A stretch of DNA of 64,000 nucleotides from an uncultured Clostridia bacterium. GTDB taxonomy: Bacteria; Bacillota; Clostridia; TANB77; CAG-508. Below, piece by piece: positions 41,578-50,472 of the stretch; positions within the stretch are counted from its first letter, which is position 1; the number at the start of each line of letters is the position of its first letter. The stretch spans positions 2,959 to 66,958 of the forward strand of contig CALXUT010000001.1 in assembly GCA_944391755.1 (NCBI GenBank). Reading direction: 5' to 3'. A model generated the notes under the pieces. The model was given only the letters and a program-made list of their open reading frames with translations. It did no database searches and was not told the DNA's origin. Made by a program: the position numbers and the translations under genes.

Positions 41578-42234
41578 TTATTCAACCTCCCTAGCTTTTA
41601 CAATAATCCTTTTTGTTGAATCATTCGTACAAGTAATTAAAGTGATTTCTCTTTTTCCATCTATTATCGGAAATAAACAACTTGTATCCTCTGGTACAAC
41701 TGTATAAATATCAAATATTTCATATTCTATTTTTCCTATAGTATTGTCTGTAAGCATTAATTTATCCCCTATATTTAGTTTTTTTAAATTTCTAAACATA
41801 TTTTCATTAATAAAATTATGTCCTGCTACGCAAAAATTCCCAATTTCATTTGGGTTTACTCCCCAGAATTTTGTTACAGAAATATTTAATGCTTGTGTTG
41901 AATAATTTTTTAATACATACGTTTCTAATTCTATAGCTGGTATTTCTATTTTAGCACACACATCATATCCTTTATATTCTTTTATAATTTCCTCTTGTGG
42001 ATATATTTTTGTAACTGTTTGTATCTCATTCGTCTCTTGTTGTTCAGCTGTTGTATTTTGTACCATATAAGATGAGTCCATTTGTTTTTCATATTTTTTT
42101 GTAATATAAGTATCAAAAAAAATATAACTTATCCCTATTGTTATCATTCCAATAAGAATACTTTTAATAATTCTATTTTTTCTCCTCCCTTTCATCAGTT
42201 TTCTCCTTATGTAGGTAAATGAGATTTTTCTCAT
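41578..42234 (-). CDS. Sortase
   Basis: N-terminal TM helix, with AGHN and TLITCT active-site motifs. Confidence 0.85.
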   Translation of the reverse strand: MRKISFTYIRRKLMKGRRKNRIIKSILIGMITIGISYIFFDTYITKKYEKQMDSSYMVQNTTAEQQETNEIQTVTKIYPQEEIIKEYKGYDVCAKIEIPAIELETYVLKNYSTQALNISVTKFWGVNPNEIGNFCVAGHNFINENMFRNLKKLNIGDKLMLTDNTIGKIEYEIFDIYTVVPEDTSCLFPIIDGKREITLITCTNDSTKRIIVKAREVE

Positions 42235-43302
42235 TTACTTATTTTTTTCTTTAAATCTAATTATTACATATATACTTGCAGATAGAACTATTGTTAAAAT
42301 AATTGGAACATACATATTATAACCTGTTTTAGGCAATGTTGTTGGTAATTCTTTTGTAACCTCTTCTGGTGGTGTGATTATTTCTGGTTGATTTTCTTCT
42401 GGTTCAGTTGGTAGAGTTTGTTCTGGTTCTGATGGATTTGGAGTTGATGGTGTTGTTGCTGTTTCGGCTACTGTGAAACTAAATTGTTTTTCAGCAATTG
42501 TACTATCTGAGTTTTCTCTATCAATCAATTTTAATGTAATTGTATATTCACCAGCTTCACTAAAAATTGCTCTTACATTTAAAACTTGAGAAACATCTTT
42601 TCCACCTATCTCATATCCTTGTGAATCCCCCCAGCCACTCTGAATAATGTCATGTTCCATTTGTGATTGGTCCGTTCCTAATAATCTTACTGTTCCTCTT
42701 GATGTTGTTTGTGCCTCTGCGACCAATCTCGCTTTTTGATAATATCTTCCCATTGGAGATGAATAAGATAATACCATTTCTTTTTCTTCATCTTTTATAA
42801 TGTCACCTGTATATGTTAAATCAAATGTATAATCTATATATTCTGGTTCTACTGTAACATCTTTAGTAATAGGAACAGCGATATCATCATAATTATCAGA
42901 TGCATCTGGATTTGTCATTCCTTCTGCTGTTATAGAGAATTCTGTAGGATTTGAAGTTGTAATTCCCTCTTTTGCTCTAAATGTAATGCTCATATTGGTT
43001 CTTGGATTACTTCCTCCTGATGAATCATGGAAAACAACTCTTACTTTGTCTGATGTATCATTTGGTGTTCCTCCATCTACAGATACATATTCAAATAAAT
43101 TATTATCATATGCTATATCAAATGTATAAGCTCCTAATGGTGCACCAAATTCTATGGTTACTTTTACTTCTTCTCCTGGTCTTATTGTTGTTTTATCTGT
43201 GTTTACTGAAATGGCGTCTAATGTTAATGCAAATGCATTTGGTGTGAATATAAGTAAACTATATAAGATGAATATAGCAATTATGCTAATGATTTTTTTC
43301 AT
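42235..43302 (-). CDS. Cohesin-domain surface protein with an LPxTG-type sorting signal
   Basis: Signal peptide, then a cohesin-like pattern (VKVTIEF...YTFDIAYDNNLFEYVSV...VVFHDSSGGSN...ITFRAKEG), a Pro/Thr/Glu linker, and LPKTG followed by a hydrophobic helix and a basic tail. Confidence 0.8.
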   Translation of the reverse strand: MKKIISIIAIFILYSLLIFTPNAFALTLDAISVNTDKTTIRPGEEVKVTIEFGAPLGAYTFDIAYDNNLFEYVSVDGGTPNDTSDKVRVVFHDSSGGSNPRTNMSITFRAKEGITTSNPTEFSITAEGMTNPDASDNYDDIAVPITKDVTVEPEYIDYTFDLTYTGDIIKDEEKEMVLSYSSPMGRYYQKARLVAEAQTTSRGTVRLLGTDQSQMEHDIIQSGWGDSQGYEIGGKDVSQVLNVRAIFSEAGEYTITLKLIDRENSDSTIAEKQFSFTVAETATTPSTPNPSEPEQTLPTEPEENQPEIITPPEEVTKELPTTLPKTGYNMYVPIILTIVLSASIYVIIRFKEKNK

Positions 43303-43396
43303 TTTTAAATTCCTCCTTTTTTGTTTTATATTTATATTGTTCCAATTTTTTTGAAAAAGATTTAGTCAAAAATTGTCATTTTAAATTTTTTACAAT

Positions 43397-43436
43397 AAAA
43401 AAACATAATAGAAAAATTTTCTATTATGTTTTTTTG
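43397..43436. terminator. Bidirectional hairpin terminator
   Basis: AAAAAAACATAATAG-loop-CTATTATGTTTTTTT. Confidence 0.7.
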
Positions 43437-43516
43437 ATTTTTGTATATAATTTTGTTATAGAGATATTTTATTGTTCATTACATTTTTTTAATGATTTTC
43501 TTTCATTTCATTCCAA

Positions 43517-43604
43517 ATAAAAAATTCCTTGCATTTTATACAAGGAATGTGTATTCTTTCGTGCCGGTACACAATATAATTTATTGCACGACAAATGTGT
43601 TTCT
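43517..43604 (-). ncRNA. Candidate ~90-nt orphan small RNA with its own promoter and terminator
   Basis: The minus strand has a promoter TTGACT-18-TATAAT (43640-43611) and a terminator ATTCCTTG-loop-CAAGGAAT plus a T-run (43517-43548). There is no ORF. The body has two interleaved complementary pairs, CACA/TGTG and TCGTGC/GCACGA. Confidence 0.45.
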
Positions 43605-43649
43605 TAATATATTATAATATATATTATACTCTTAAGTCAAGATAAATAT

Positions 43650-44282
43650 TCAAATTTTAATAAACATTTTTTTCATTCTGTCATCTATTAAGTCTAAATT
43701 TTCATTAGATAACTTTATACCTGATAATATATCAAATTCTGTTTTTGGATCATAAATTCTTTGTTTACTGATTACTCTGATTTGATTGATTATAGCTATA
43801 CTACCATTTTTCATCTTTTGAACCTCTTTGTAAATTTTCTCAGCGAGTTCTAATTTTTTATATGCTTCTGAAACATTATTGTTTAATTCAATAGATTTTA
43901 AATAGATTTTATTTAATGTTGCATTATTTTGTTTTAATTTTTTTGTTTCTAGTGATAACTTTTCTTTATTCTCTTCAATTTTCTTTTTACTATCTTCCAG
44001 TAATTTATTTGATTTTTCTACTAATTTATTATAAATATCATTTCCTAGTATAACAGAATTTTTATTAATATTATCTGTCTTTTGAGAAGATAAAGGAATT
44101 ATTGTGACTACTGGTGAATTTCTATTATTTTTCTTATCTATGACAACACAATAATGTAATCCACCTAACTCACTTCCGATATTAAATCCTAAATTAACTT
44201 TAATAATATCTCCTCTTTTATATGATTTTAATTTAGTGCGTCGCAGAAGCTATATCAAAGCTAGTAAGAAATGGTAACTCAT
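43650..44282 (-). pseudogene. PemK/MazF-fold toxin homolog with a coiled-coil insertion, lacking a usable start
   Basis: My translation ...KRGDIIKVNLGFNIGSELGGLHYCVVIDKKNNRNSPVVTIIPLSSQ...[~80 aa Lys/Glu-rich insert]...GSIAIINQIRVISKQRIYDP parallels the MazF/EndoA core. The only in-frame ATG (44282) abuts the upstream terminator, has no Shine-Dalgarno, and is followed by an in-frame TAG at 44250-44252. Confidence 0.6.
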
Positions 44283-44311
44283 AAAAAAGACGGGAGCACC
44301 CGTCTTTTTTT
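44283..44311 (-). terminator. Rho-independent terminator after the ABC exporter operon
   Basis: AAAAAAGACGGG-TGCT-CCCGTCTTTTTT. Confidence 0.85.
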
Positions 44312-44328
44312 GTTGTCTACCTTTCAAT

Positions 44329-46152
44329 TTACTCTTCTTCCTCATCAAATTGACTATTATACAATTTCTCATAAAAGCCACCTTTTGCAAGTAATTTTTC
44401 ATGAGTTCCTTGTTCAACAATATCGCCATGGTCCATAACAAGTATTAAATCTGCATTTTTAATTGTTGATAATCTATGTGCAATAATAAAACTTGTTCTA
44501 CCTTTCATTAAGTTATCCATAGCCTTTTGAATTTCAATTTCTGTTCTTGTATCTATGGAACTTGTAGCCTCATCTAAAATTAATATTTTAGGGTCTGCAA
44601 GTATAACCCTTGCAATCGTTAGCAATTGCTTTTGACCTGCTGAAACATTGCTTGATTCTTCATTTAATACAGAATTATAACCATTTGGTAGTGTTTTTAT
44701 AAAATGATGCACATGGGCTGCTTTTGCTGCTTGAATAACTTCATCATCTGTTGCATCTTCTTTTCCATATTTAATGTTTTCTTTTACAGTTCCTCCAAAT
44801 AGCCATGTATCTTGAAGAACCATTCCAAACATTTGACGAAGTTCTCCTCTTTTGAAATCTTTTATATTATGACCATCTACTAAGATTTTTCCATCTGTTA
44901 CATCATAAAATCTCATTAATAATTTTACCATTGTGGTTTTTCCTGCTCCTGTAGGGCCTACAATTGCTATCTTTTGTCCTTCATGAACAGTCGCATTAAA
45001 ATCTTTTATGATAATATTATTTGGATTATAACCAAATTTTACATGGTCAAAGGTAACATTTCCTTTTAATCCTTCTGTTGTTGTTCCTTCAACATATGTT
45101 TCCACTTCTTCATCTTCTTCTAAGAATTCAAATATTCTCTCAGTTGCTGCTACCATTGCTTGTAACATACTTGAAACTTGTGCAATTTGATTGATTGGTT
45201 GTGTGAATTGTTTATTATATTGTATAAAACTTTGGATATTACCAACTGTAATTCTTCCTTGAATCGCTAGATAACCTCCTGCTATAGCAACACCTACATA
45301 TCCTATATTTGAAACAAAATTCATAATTGGATGCATAAGTCCTGATAAGAATTGTGATCTCCATGCTGATCTATATAATTCTTTATTTGCTTTTGAAAAT
45401 TCTTCTTTCGCATTTTCTTCACCATTAAATGCTTTAACAATTGTTAATCCAGAATAGATTTCTTCTACTTGACCATTTACATGTCCTAAATAATCTTGTT
45501 GTCTTTTAAAATATTTTTGTGATTTACCTACAATAATCTTCACTAATAATGCTCCAATTGGCATAACAATTAAGGATATTAATGTCATTTGCCAACTAAT
45601 AGATAACATCATAATTGCAATTCCTATCAATGTACATATTGCTGTAATTATCTGTGTAACGCTTTGGTTTAGATTCATTCCTAATGTATCAATATCATTT
45701 GTTATGACTGACAAAACTTCTCCATTTGTTCTTTTATCAAAATAATTCATTGGAAGATGATTTATCTTTTTTGATATATCTTTTCTTAGGTTATATGTAA
45801 GTTTTTGTGCAATACCTGTCATTGCAAAACCTTGAATGAAAGAGAATAATGCACTTAATAAATATAACCCTAATAGTGTTAATAGTATCATTCCTACTTT
45901 TCCAAAATCGATTCCACCATTACCAGATATTTTATTAACTAAACCATTAAATATTTCTGTTGTTGCATTTCCTAAAATTTTAGGTCCAACGATTGAAAAT
46001 ATAGTACTTCCAATTGCAAATAATAAAACGATTATTAAACCAATTTTATATTTTGACAAGTAATTTTTGATTAATTTTTTTGTTGTACCTTTAAAATCTT
46101 TTGCTTTTTCTAATGTTTGACCACCTCTTGGTCCACCCATAGGTCCTGGCAT
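44329..46152 (-). CDS. ABC transporter permease/ATP-binding protein (exporter half-transporter)
   Basis: 607-aa ORF with a six-helix TMD plus an NBD carrying GPTGAGKTT, LSAGQKQ and ILILDEATS. Confidence 0.9.
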   Translation of the reverse strand: MPGPMGGPRGGQTLEKAKDFKGTTKKLIKNYLSKYKIGLIIVLLFAIGSTIFSIVGPKILGNATTEIFNGLVNKISGNGGIDFGKVGMILLTLLGLYLLSALFSFIQGFAMTGIAQKLTYNLRKDISKKINHLPMNYFDKRTNGEVLSVITNDIDTLGMNLNQSVTQIITAICTLIGIAIMMLSISWQMTLISLIVMPIGALLVKIIVGKSQKYFKRQQDYLGHVNGQVEEIYSGLTIVKAFNGEENAKEEFSKANKELYRSAWRSQFLSGLMHPIMNFVSNIGYVGVAIAGGYLAIQGRITVGNIQSFIQYNKQFTQPINQIAQVSSMLQAMVAATERIFEFLEEDEEVETYVEGTTTEGLKGNVTFDHVKFGYNPNNIIIKDFNATVHEGQKIAIVGPTGAGKTTMVKLLMRFYDVTDGKILVDGHNIKDFKRGELRQMFGMVLQDTWLFGGTVKENIKYGKEDATDDEVIQAAKAAHVHHFIKTLPNGYNSVLNEESSNVSAGQKQLLTIARVILADPKILILDEATSSIDTRTEIEIQKAMDNLMKGRTSFIIAHRLSTIKNADLILVMDHGDIVEQGTHEKLLAKGGFYEKLYNSQFDEEEE

Positions 46153-46153
46153 A

Positions 46154-48421
46154 TTATTCTCCTCCTTCCCTTTTATTTAATTCATCTTCAGATAATTGTG
46201 ATAAAGCAATTTGCCTATATGTTTCATTATCTTTCATTAATTCTTCATGTGTTCCTTGCCCTACGATTTTTCCATCATCTAATACAATTATTTTGTCTGC
46301 ATTTAAAATGGTACTGATTCTTTGTGCTACAATGATAGAAGTCTTATTTTTCGTTCTTTTAGCCAATGCCTCTCTCAAAGTTGCATCTGTTTTAAAATCT
46401 AATGCTGAAAAACTATCATCAAATACAAATATTTCTGGATCTTTCGCAATTGCTCTTGCAATAGACAATCTTTGTTTTTGCCCTCCTGAAACATTGTTTC
46501 CCCCTTGTGCAATTTCAGATTTGTATTTATCAGGTTTTGCATCAATAAATTCTGTTGCTTGTGCTATTTCTGCAGCTTCAAGCATTTTTTCGTCTGACAT
46601 ATTTTCATCTGAATATTTAATATTAGATTCGATTGTTCCTGAGAATAATACACCTTTTTGTGGTACAAATCCAATGATATCTCTTAATTCTTTTTGGGAT
46701 AAATCTTTTACATTGACACCATCAACTAAAAGTTCTCCACCTGTAACATCATAAAATCTTGGTATTAGATTTACTACTGTTGATTTTCCACTTCCGGTGC
46801 TTCCAATAATGGCTGTAGTTTTTCCTGGTTCAGCTGTAAAGTTTATATCTTCTAGTATTTCAGTATCTGCATCTGGATATCTAAAAGATACATTTTTGAA
46901 TTCTACTAATCCTTTTTTACTTGGATCTAATTTCTTTGTTTCTTTTTTGTCTTTTATGCTTGGTTCTGTTTCAATAACTTCCATGATACGATTTGCTGAA
47001 ACAGATGCTCTTGGAAGCATAATTGATATCATTGATATCATTAAGAAACTCATGACAATTTGCATAGCATATTGTATAAATGCTAACATATCTCCAACTT
47101 GCATAATACCTTGGTCAACATTATGTCCTCCAACCCAAATAATTAATATAGATACACCATTCATAATCAGCATTAACATTGGCATCATTATAGACATTGC
47201 TCTATTGACAAATATATTTGCTTTCATCAAGTCTTTATTTGCATCATCAAATCGATTTTCCTCTTTTGATTCAGTGTGAAATGCTCTTATTACAGGTAAT
47301 CCCGTTAATATTTCTCTTGAAACTTTATTTAATTTATCCACTAAATCTTGTAACTTTTTGAATTTTGGTATTGCTATCGCAAATAATGTTGCAACTGTTA
47401 TTAATATAGCAATTACAGCTAAACCTACAATCCAAGCCATCGAACTATTACTTTGAGTTAATACTTTTATAATTCCTCCAATTCCTATAATTGGTGCATA
47501 TACGACTGTTCTAAATAACATAGACATCAATTGTTGAATTTGTTGAACATCATTTGTACTACGAGTTATTAGTGATGCTGTAGAAAACTCTCTTAATTCT
47601 TTATTTGAAAAGCTTAATACTCTATTAAATACTTTTTCTCTTAAAGTTCTTGCAAGTCTTGCGGCAACTCTTGATGATAGCATCATAATAGTAATACCTG
47701 ACGCCATACTTACAAAAGCTAATCCAAGCATTTTGATTCCTGTTAGCATTATGTAATCCATCTGTATTTTATCTGTATCTACCTCAGCATTCATATATAT
47801 CTTTTTAACATATGATACAGCCGCCTGTTCTTTGATAGAGTCTTGCATCTGGTCAATTTGGTTTGTAATTTCTTGCGTAATTTGACTTACACTTTCTTCT
47901 GGCATTAGTTGAATAATCTCAGATATGGACATTTCCTCAAATGTTGGTTTTAGTTCTTCTGAAACATTTAATAATAGTCTTTCTTTTAATTGTCCTGACA
48001 TTTCTTCATTTTGAATTGATTGTGATATGATAATTGGTTCTATTAATATTTCTGCAAGTTTATTTCTTTCTTCTTGATTTAAATCATTTATCACAAAAAG
48101 TTCACTTAATTTACTATCTTCTTCTAAGTACTTATCTAATGTTTTTTCTTGTTTTTTACTTAAATTATCAGAATTAGCACTAGTATATTTTCCCAAAATT
48201 TCATCATCATTATCTGTAAAAAGCAATATTATATTCATATCATTTTTTGTAATAATTTCTGGTACAGAATCTTCTATTCCTCCTGCTTGAATTCCTTCAT
48301 TTACAATTCTTGATGTATAATTTGGTAATTCTAAGTCTACTGCTGCTTGTAAACATAATAAAGCTATTATTACAATTACTGATATCCAAGACTGTTTTAA
48401 ATTTTTTAATACTTTAAACAT
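46154..48421 (-). CDS. ABC transporter permease/ATP-binding protein with a large extracytoplasmic insert after TM1
   Basis: 755-aa ORF with NBD motifs GSTGSGKST, VSGGQKQ and IFVFDDSFS, and a ~190-aa acidic segment between the first two TM helices. Confidence 0.9.
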   Translation of the reverse strand: MFKVLKNLKQSWISVIVIIALLCLQAAVDLELPNYTSRIVNEGIQAGGIEDSVPEIITKNDMNIILLFTDNDDEILGKYTSANSDNLSKKQEKTLDKYLEEDSKLSELFVINDLNQEERNKLAEILIEPIIISQSIQNEEMSGQLKERLLLNVSEELKPTFEEMSISEIIQLMPEESVSQITQEITNQIDQMQDSIKEQAAVSYVKKIYMNAEVDTDKIQMDYIMLTGIKMLGLAFVSMASGITIMMLSSRVAARLARTLREKVFNRVLSFSNKELREFSTASLITRSTNDVQQIQQLMSMLFRTVVYAPIIGIGGIIKVLTQSNSSMAWIVGLAVIAILITVATLFAIAIPKFKKLQDLVDKLNKVSREILTGLPVIRAFHTESKEENRFDDANKDLMKANIFVNRAMSIMMPMLMLIMNGVSILIIWVGGHNVDQGIMQVGDMLAFIQYAMQIVMSFLMISMISIMLPRASVSANRIMEVIETEPSIKDKKETKKLDPSKKGLVEFKNVSFRYPDADTEILEDINFTAEPGKTTAIIGSTGSGKSTVVNLIPRFYDVTGGELLVDGVNVKDLSQKELRDIIGFVPQKGVLFSGTIESNIKYSDENMSDEKMLEAAEIAQATEFIDAKPDKYKSEIAQGGNNVSGGQKQRLSIARAIAKDPEIFVFDDSFSALDFKTDATLREALAKRTKNKTSIIVAQRISTILNADKIIVLDDGKIVGQGTHEELMKDNETYRQIALSQLSEDELNKREGGE

Positions 48422-49031
48422 TTTCTTCCTCCTTTTTTATAATTCCATATTTAATATAATCTATTTGCATTAAGAATTCTTTTCTACTTTTTTCTTTTGA
48501 ATTGTGCTTAAAATTCTTAACAATAGCTCTTCTAGTAATAATATTTAACATATCACATATAATCTCAAACTCTTTTTTATTTTCTATCTTTAAATTAGAT
48601 AAATCAAATAATTCAAAATATTGTGTAATACTTTCTAATTTAGTATTTTTTAATAAATTAAATATATTCTCATCTGATGATTTTACATTTTCAAAAATTT
48701 GTCTAAACAGATTTTTTTCATCATTATCGACAAACTCTTTAATCATCAAATCATATAAATACACATATGTATCCAGTAGATTTTTACATTCTTTTATCTT
48801 GTTTTTTATTTTGTGGTTTGTTTCTTCTATTTTTTCTGCTAATATATAATTTAATAAATCTTCTTTACTTTCAAAATATTGATAAAAACTTCCTCTTGCT
48901 ATTTTTGCATCTTCCACTATATTTTTTATGGAAACTTCTTGTATTGGCACTCTTGCAAATTCTTTTTTGGCTGAATGAATTACTTTTTGTTGTTTTTCTC
49001 TAGAAAGTTTTAAAAATGTTTCTTTAGGCAT
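48414..49031 (-). CDS. TetR/AcrR-family transcriptional regulator
   Basis: The N-terminal HTH pattern is FARVPIQEVSIKNIVEDAKIARGSFYQYFESKEDL. The gene overlaps the start of the ABC gene. Confidence 0.85.
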   Translation of the reverse strand: MPKETFLKLSREKQQKVIHSAKKEFARVPIQEVSIKNIVEDAKIARGSFYQYFESKEDLLNYILAEKIEETNHKIKNKIKECKNLLDTYVYLYDLMIKEFVDNDEKNLFRQIFENVKSSDENIFNLLKNTKLESITQYFELFDLSNLKIENKKEFEIICDMLNIITRRAIVKNFKHNSKEKSRKEFLMQIDYIKYGIIKKEEENV

Positions 49032-49078
49032 TTTTACATTCTATGTTAGCTAATTAACATATCCTCCTTCCCATTATA

Positions 49079-49121
49079 AATGACACCATGTCATTATATG
49101 TGACACAGTGTCATTTGTCAA
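49079..49121 (-). promoter_or_regulatory. Consensus promoter overlapped by two palindromic operator candidates (likely TetR sites)
   Basis: Minus strand reads TTGACA-17-TATAAT. The palindromes are TGACAC-T-GTGTCA (49101-49113) and ATGACA-TGG-TGTCAT (49080-49094). Confidence 0.6.
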
Positions 49122-49149
49122 TAGAATTTTTGTGAAATTTATGTGAATT

Positions 49150-50301
49150 TTAATCACCCAAGCAAATGCCTATACTTCTTGCAGTTTTTACTAAGTCATC
49201 ATCCATTGTAACCTTTCTTAAATTACTTTCTGCTGTATTTCCAGATACTGCTCCTATTTTTTTATTATTGCCTACTACATCTTCCAAAGAAACATAATCT
49301 AATTTTCCATTTTTAATAACCGTTAATACTCCAAATTTACCTTCTAGTGCAAGTTGCATTGCTTTAGCTCCATATTTGGTAGATAGTACTCTGTCAAATG
49401 CTGTTGGTGTTCCTCCTCTTTGCATATATCCTAGTGTTGTATTTCTTGCTTCTAATCCTGTTAATTCTTCTAATTGTTTAGCAACGATTGGTCCTATACC
49501 TCCTAATTTTGTGTTATCTACTCCAGCTCCATTATCTCTTGTATTTAATACAGTTACAGTTCCACCTTTAGGTGCTGCTCCTTCTGCAACAACAACAACA
49601 CTAAATTCTTTTCCTTCATTTATTCTTTCATTTACTTTTTCTACAGCTTTATTGATATCATATGGTATTTCTGGAATTAATGCAATATCAGCTCCACCAG
49701 CGATTGCTGATTCTAATGCTATCCATCCAGCATATCTTCCCATAACTTCTAATACCATAATTCTATGATGTGTTTCTCCTGTTGTATGTAACCTATCTAG
49801 TGCTTCCATAGCTACTGATACAGCTGTATTATAACCAAATGTAATTTCTGTACAAGCTACATCATTGTCTATTGTTTTTGGAACTCCTATTACATTGATT
49901 CCTTTTAGTGAAAAATCTCTTGCTGATTTTTGTGTTCCATCTCCTCCTAATGTAAATATACAATCAAATCCATCTTTTTTTACATTCTCTACACATATAT
50001 CAGATAAATCTTTATATTCTATTTCACCATTCTCATTTTCTACTTTATAATTAAAAACATTCGCATTTGTTGATGATCCTATTATTGATCCACCCTTTGG
50101 TAATATTCCTGATGCCATTTCATATTCCCCTGTACTTAATTTGACATATTCATTTTTTAAAAGTCCTTCATATCCTTCTATGAAACCATAACATTCCACA
50201 CCATTTGTTTCAGCTGTTTTTACAATTGCTCTTATAACAGCATTAAATCCAGCTACATCTCCACCATTTGCTAATATCGCTACTTTCTTTATCATCTGCA
50301 A
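49150..50301 (-). CDS. pfkA: 6-phosphofructokinase
   Basis: 383-aa ORF with LANGGDVAGFNAVIR, LGGDGT, PKTIDNDV and MGRYAGWIAL motifs. Confidence 0.92.
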   Translation of the reverse strand: MQMIKKVAILANGGDVAGFNAVIRAIVKTAETNGVECYGFIEGYEGLLKNEYVKLSTGEYEMASGILPKGGSIIGSSTNANVFNYKVENENGEIEYKDLSDICVENVKKDGFDCIFTLGGDGTQKSARDFSLKGINVIGVPKTIDNDVACTEITFGYNTAVSVAMEALDRLHTTGETHHRIMVLEVMGRYAGWIALESAIAGGADIALIPEIPYDINKAVEKVNERINEGKEFSVVVVAEGAAPKGGTVTVLNTRDNGAGVDNTKLGGIGPIVAKQLEELTGLEARNTTLGYMQRGGTPTAFDRVLSTKYGAKAMQLALEGKFGVLTVIKNGKLDYVSLEDVVGNNKKIGAVSGNTAESNLRKVTMDDDLVKTARSIGICLGD

Positions 50302-50376
50302 TTCCTCCCATTAAATATATAAACTACCTTACTATTATATCAATAATCTTTTTTTTTACAAGCATTTTAATAAAAA

Positions 50377-50465
50377 AAATATAAATTTAAAATAATTTGA
50401 GTGTTTAAGACCCATAGGAAGACCCTAGCTATGTTTTAAACACGAAATATTTTAAATTTATATTT
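50377..50465. repeat. Copy b of the conserved-core palindromic element (different arms)
   Basis: The core is AGACCCATAGGAAGACCCTAGCTATGTT (50408-50435). It sits in long arms, AAATATAAATTTAAAATAATTTGAGTGTTTAA and TTAAACACGAAATATTTTAAATTTATATTT, that are complementary to each other but unrelated to the arms of copies c and d. Confidence 0.75.
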
Positions 50466-50472
50466 TTAATGA

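Noticed and set aside
37875-43568. A shared 9-mer TTCGTGCCG (minus strand CGGCACGAA) immediately 5' of a terminator hairpin in both the csaA-like leader and the orphan RNA candidate. I considered it as the conserved core of a common riboswitch class.
   Set aside because: Only 9 nt match, with no flanking similarity or shared secondary structure. A chance match of that length is plausible in 64 kb. I recognise no known riboswitch core in either locus.
44250-44441. A 63-aa minus-strand ORF overlapping the 3' end of the ABC transporter gene.
   Set aside because: It is out of frame within a well-supported NBD-coding region and runs through the operon terminator. It was useful only because its last codons and its TAG define the frame of the PemK-like remnant.
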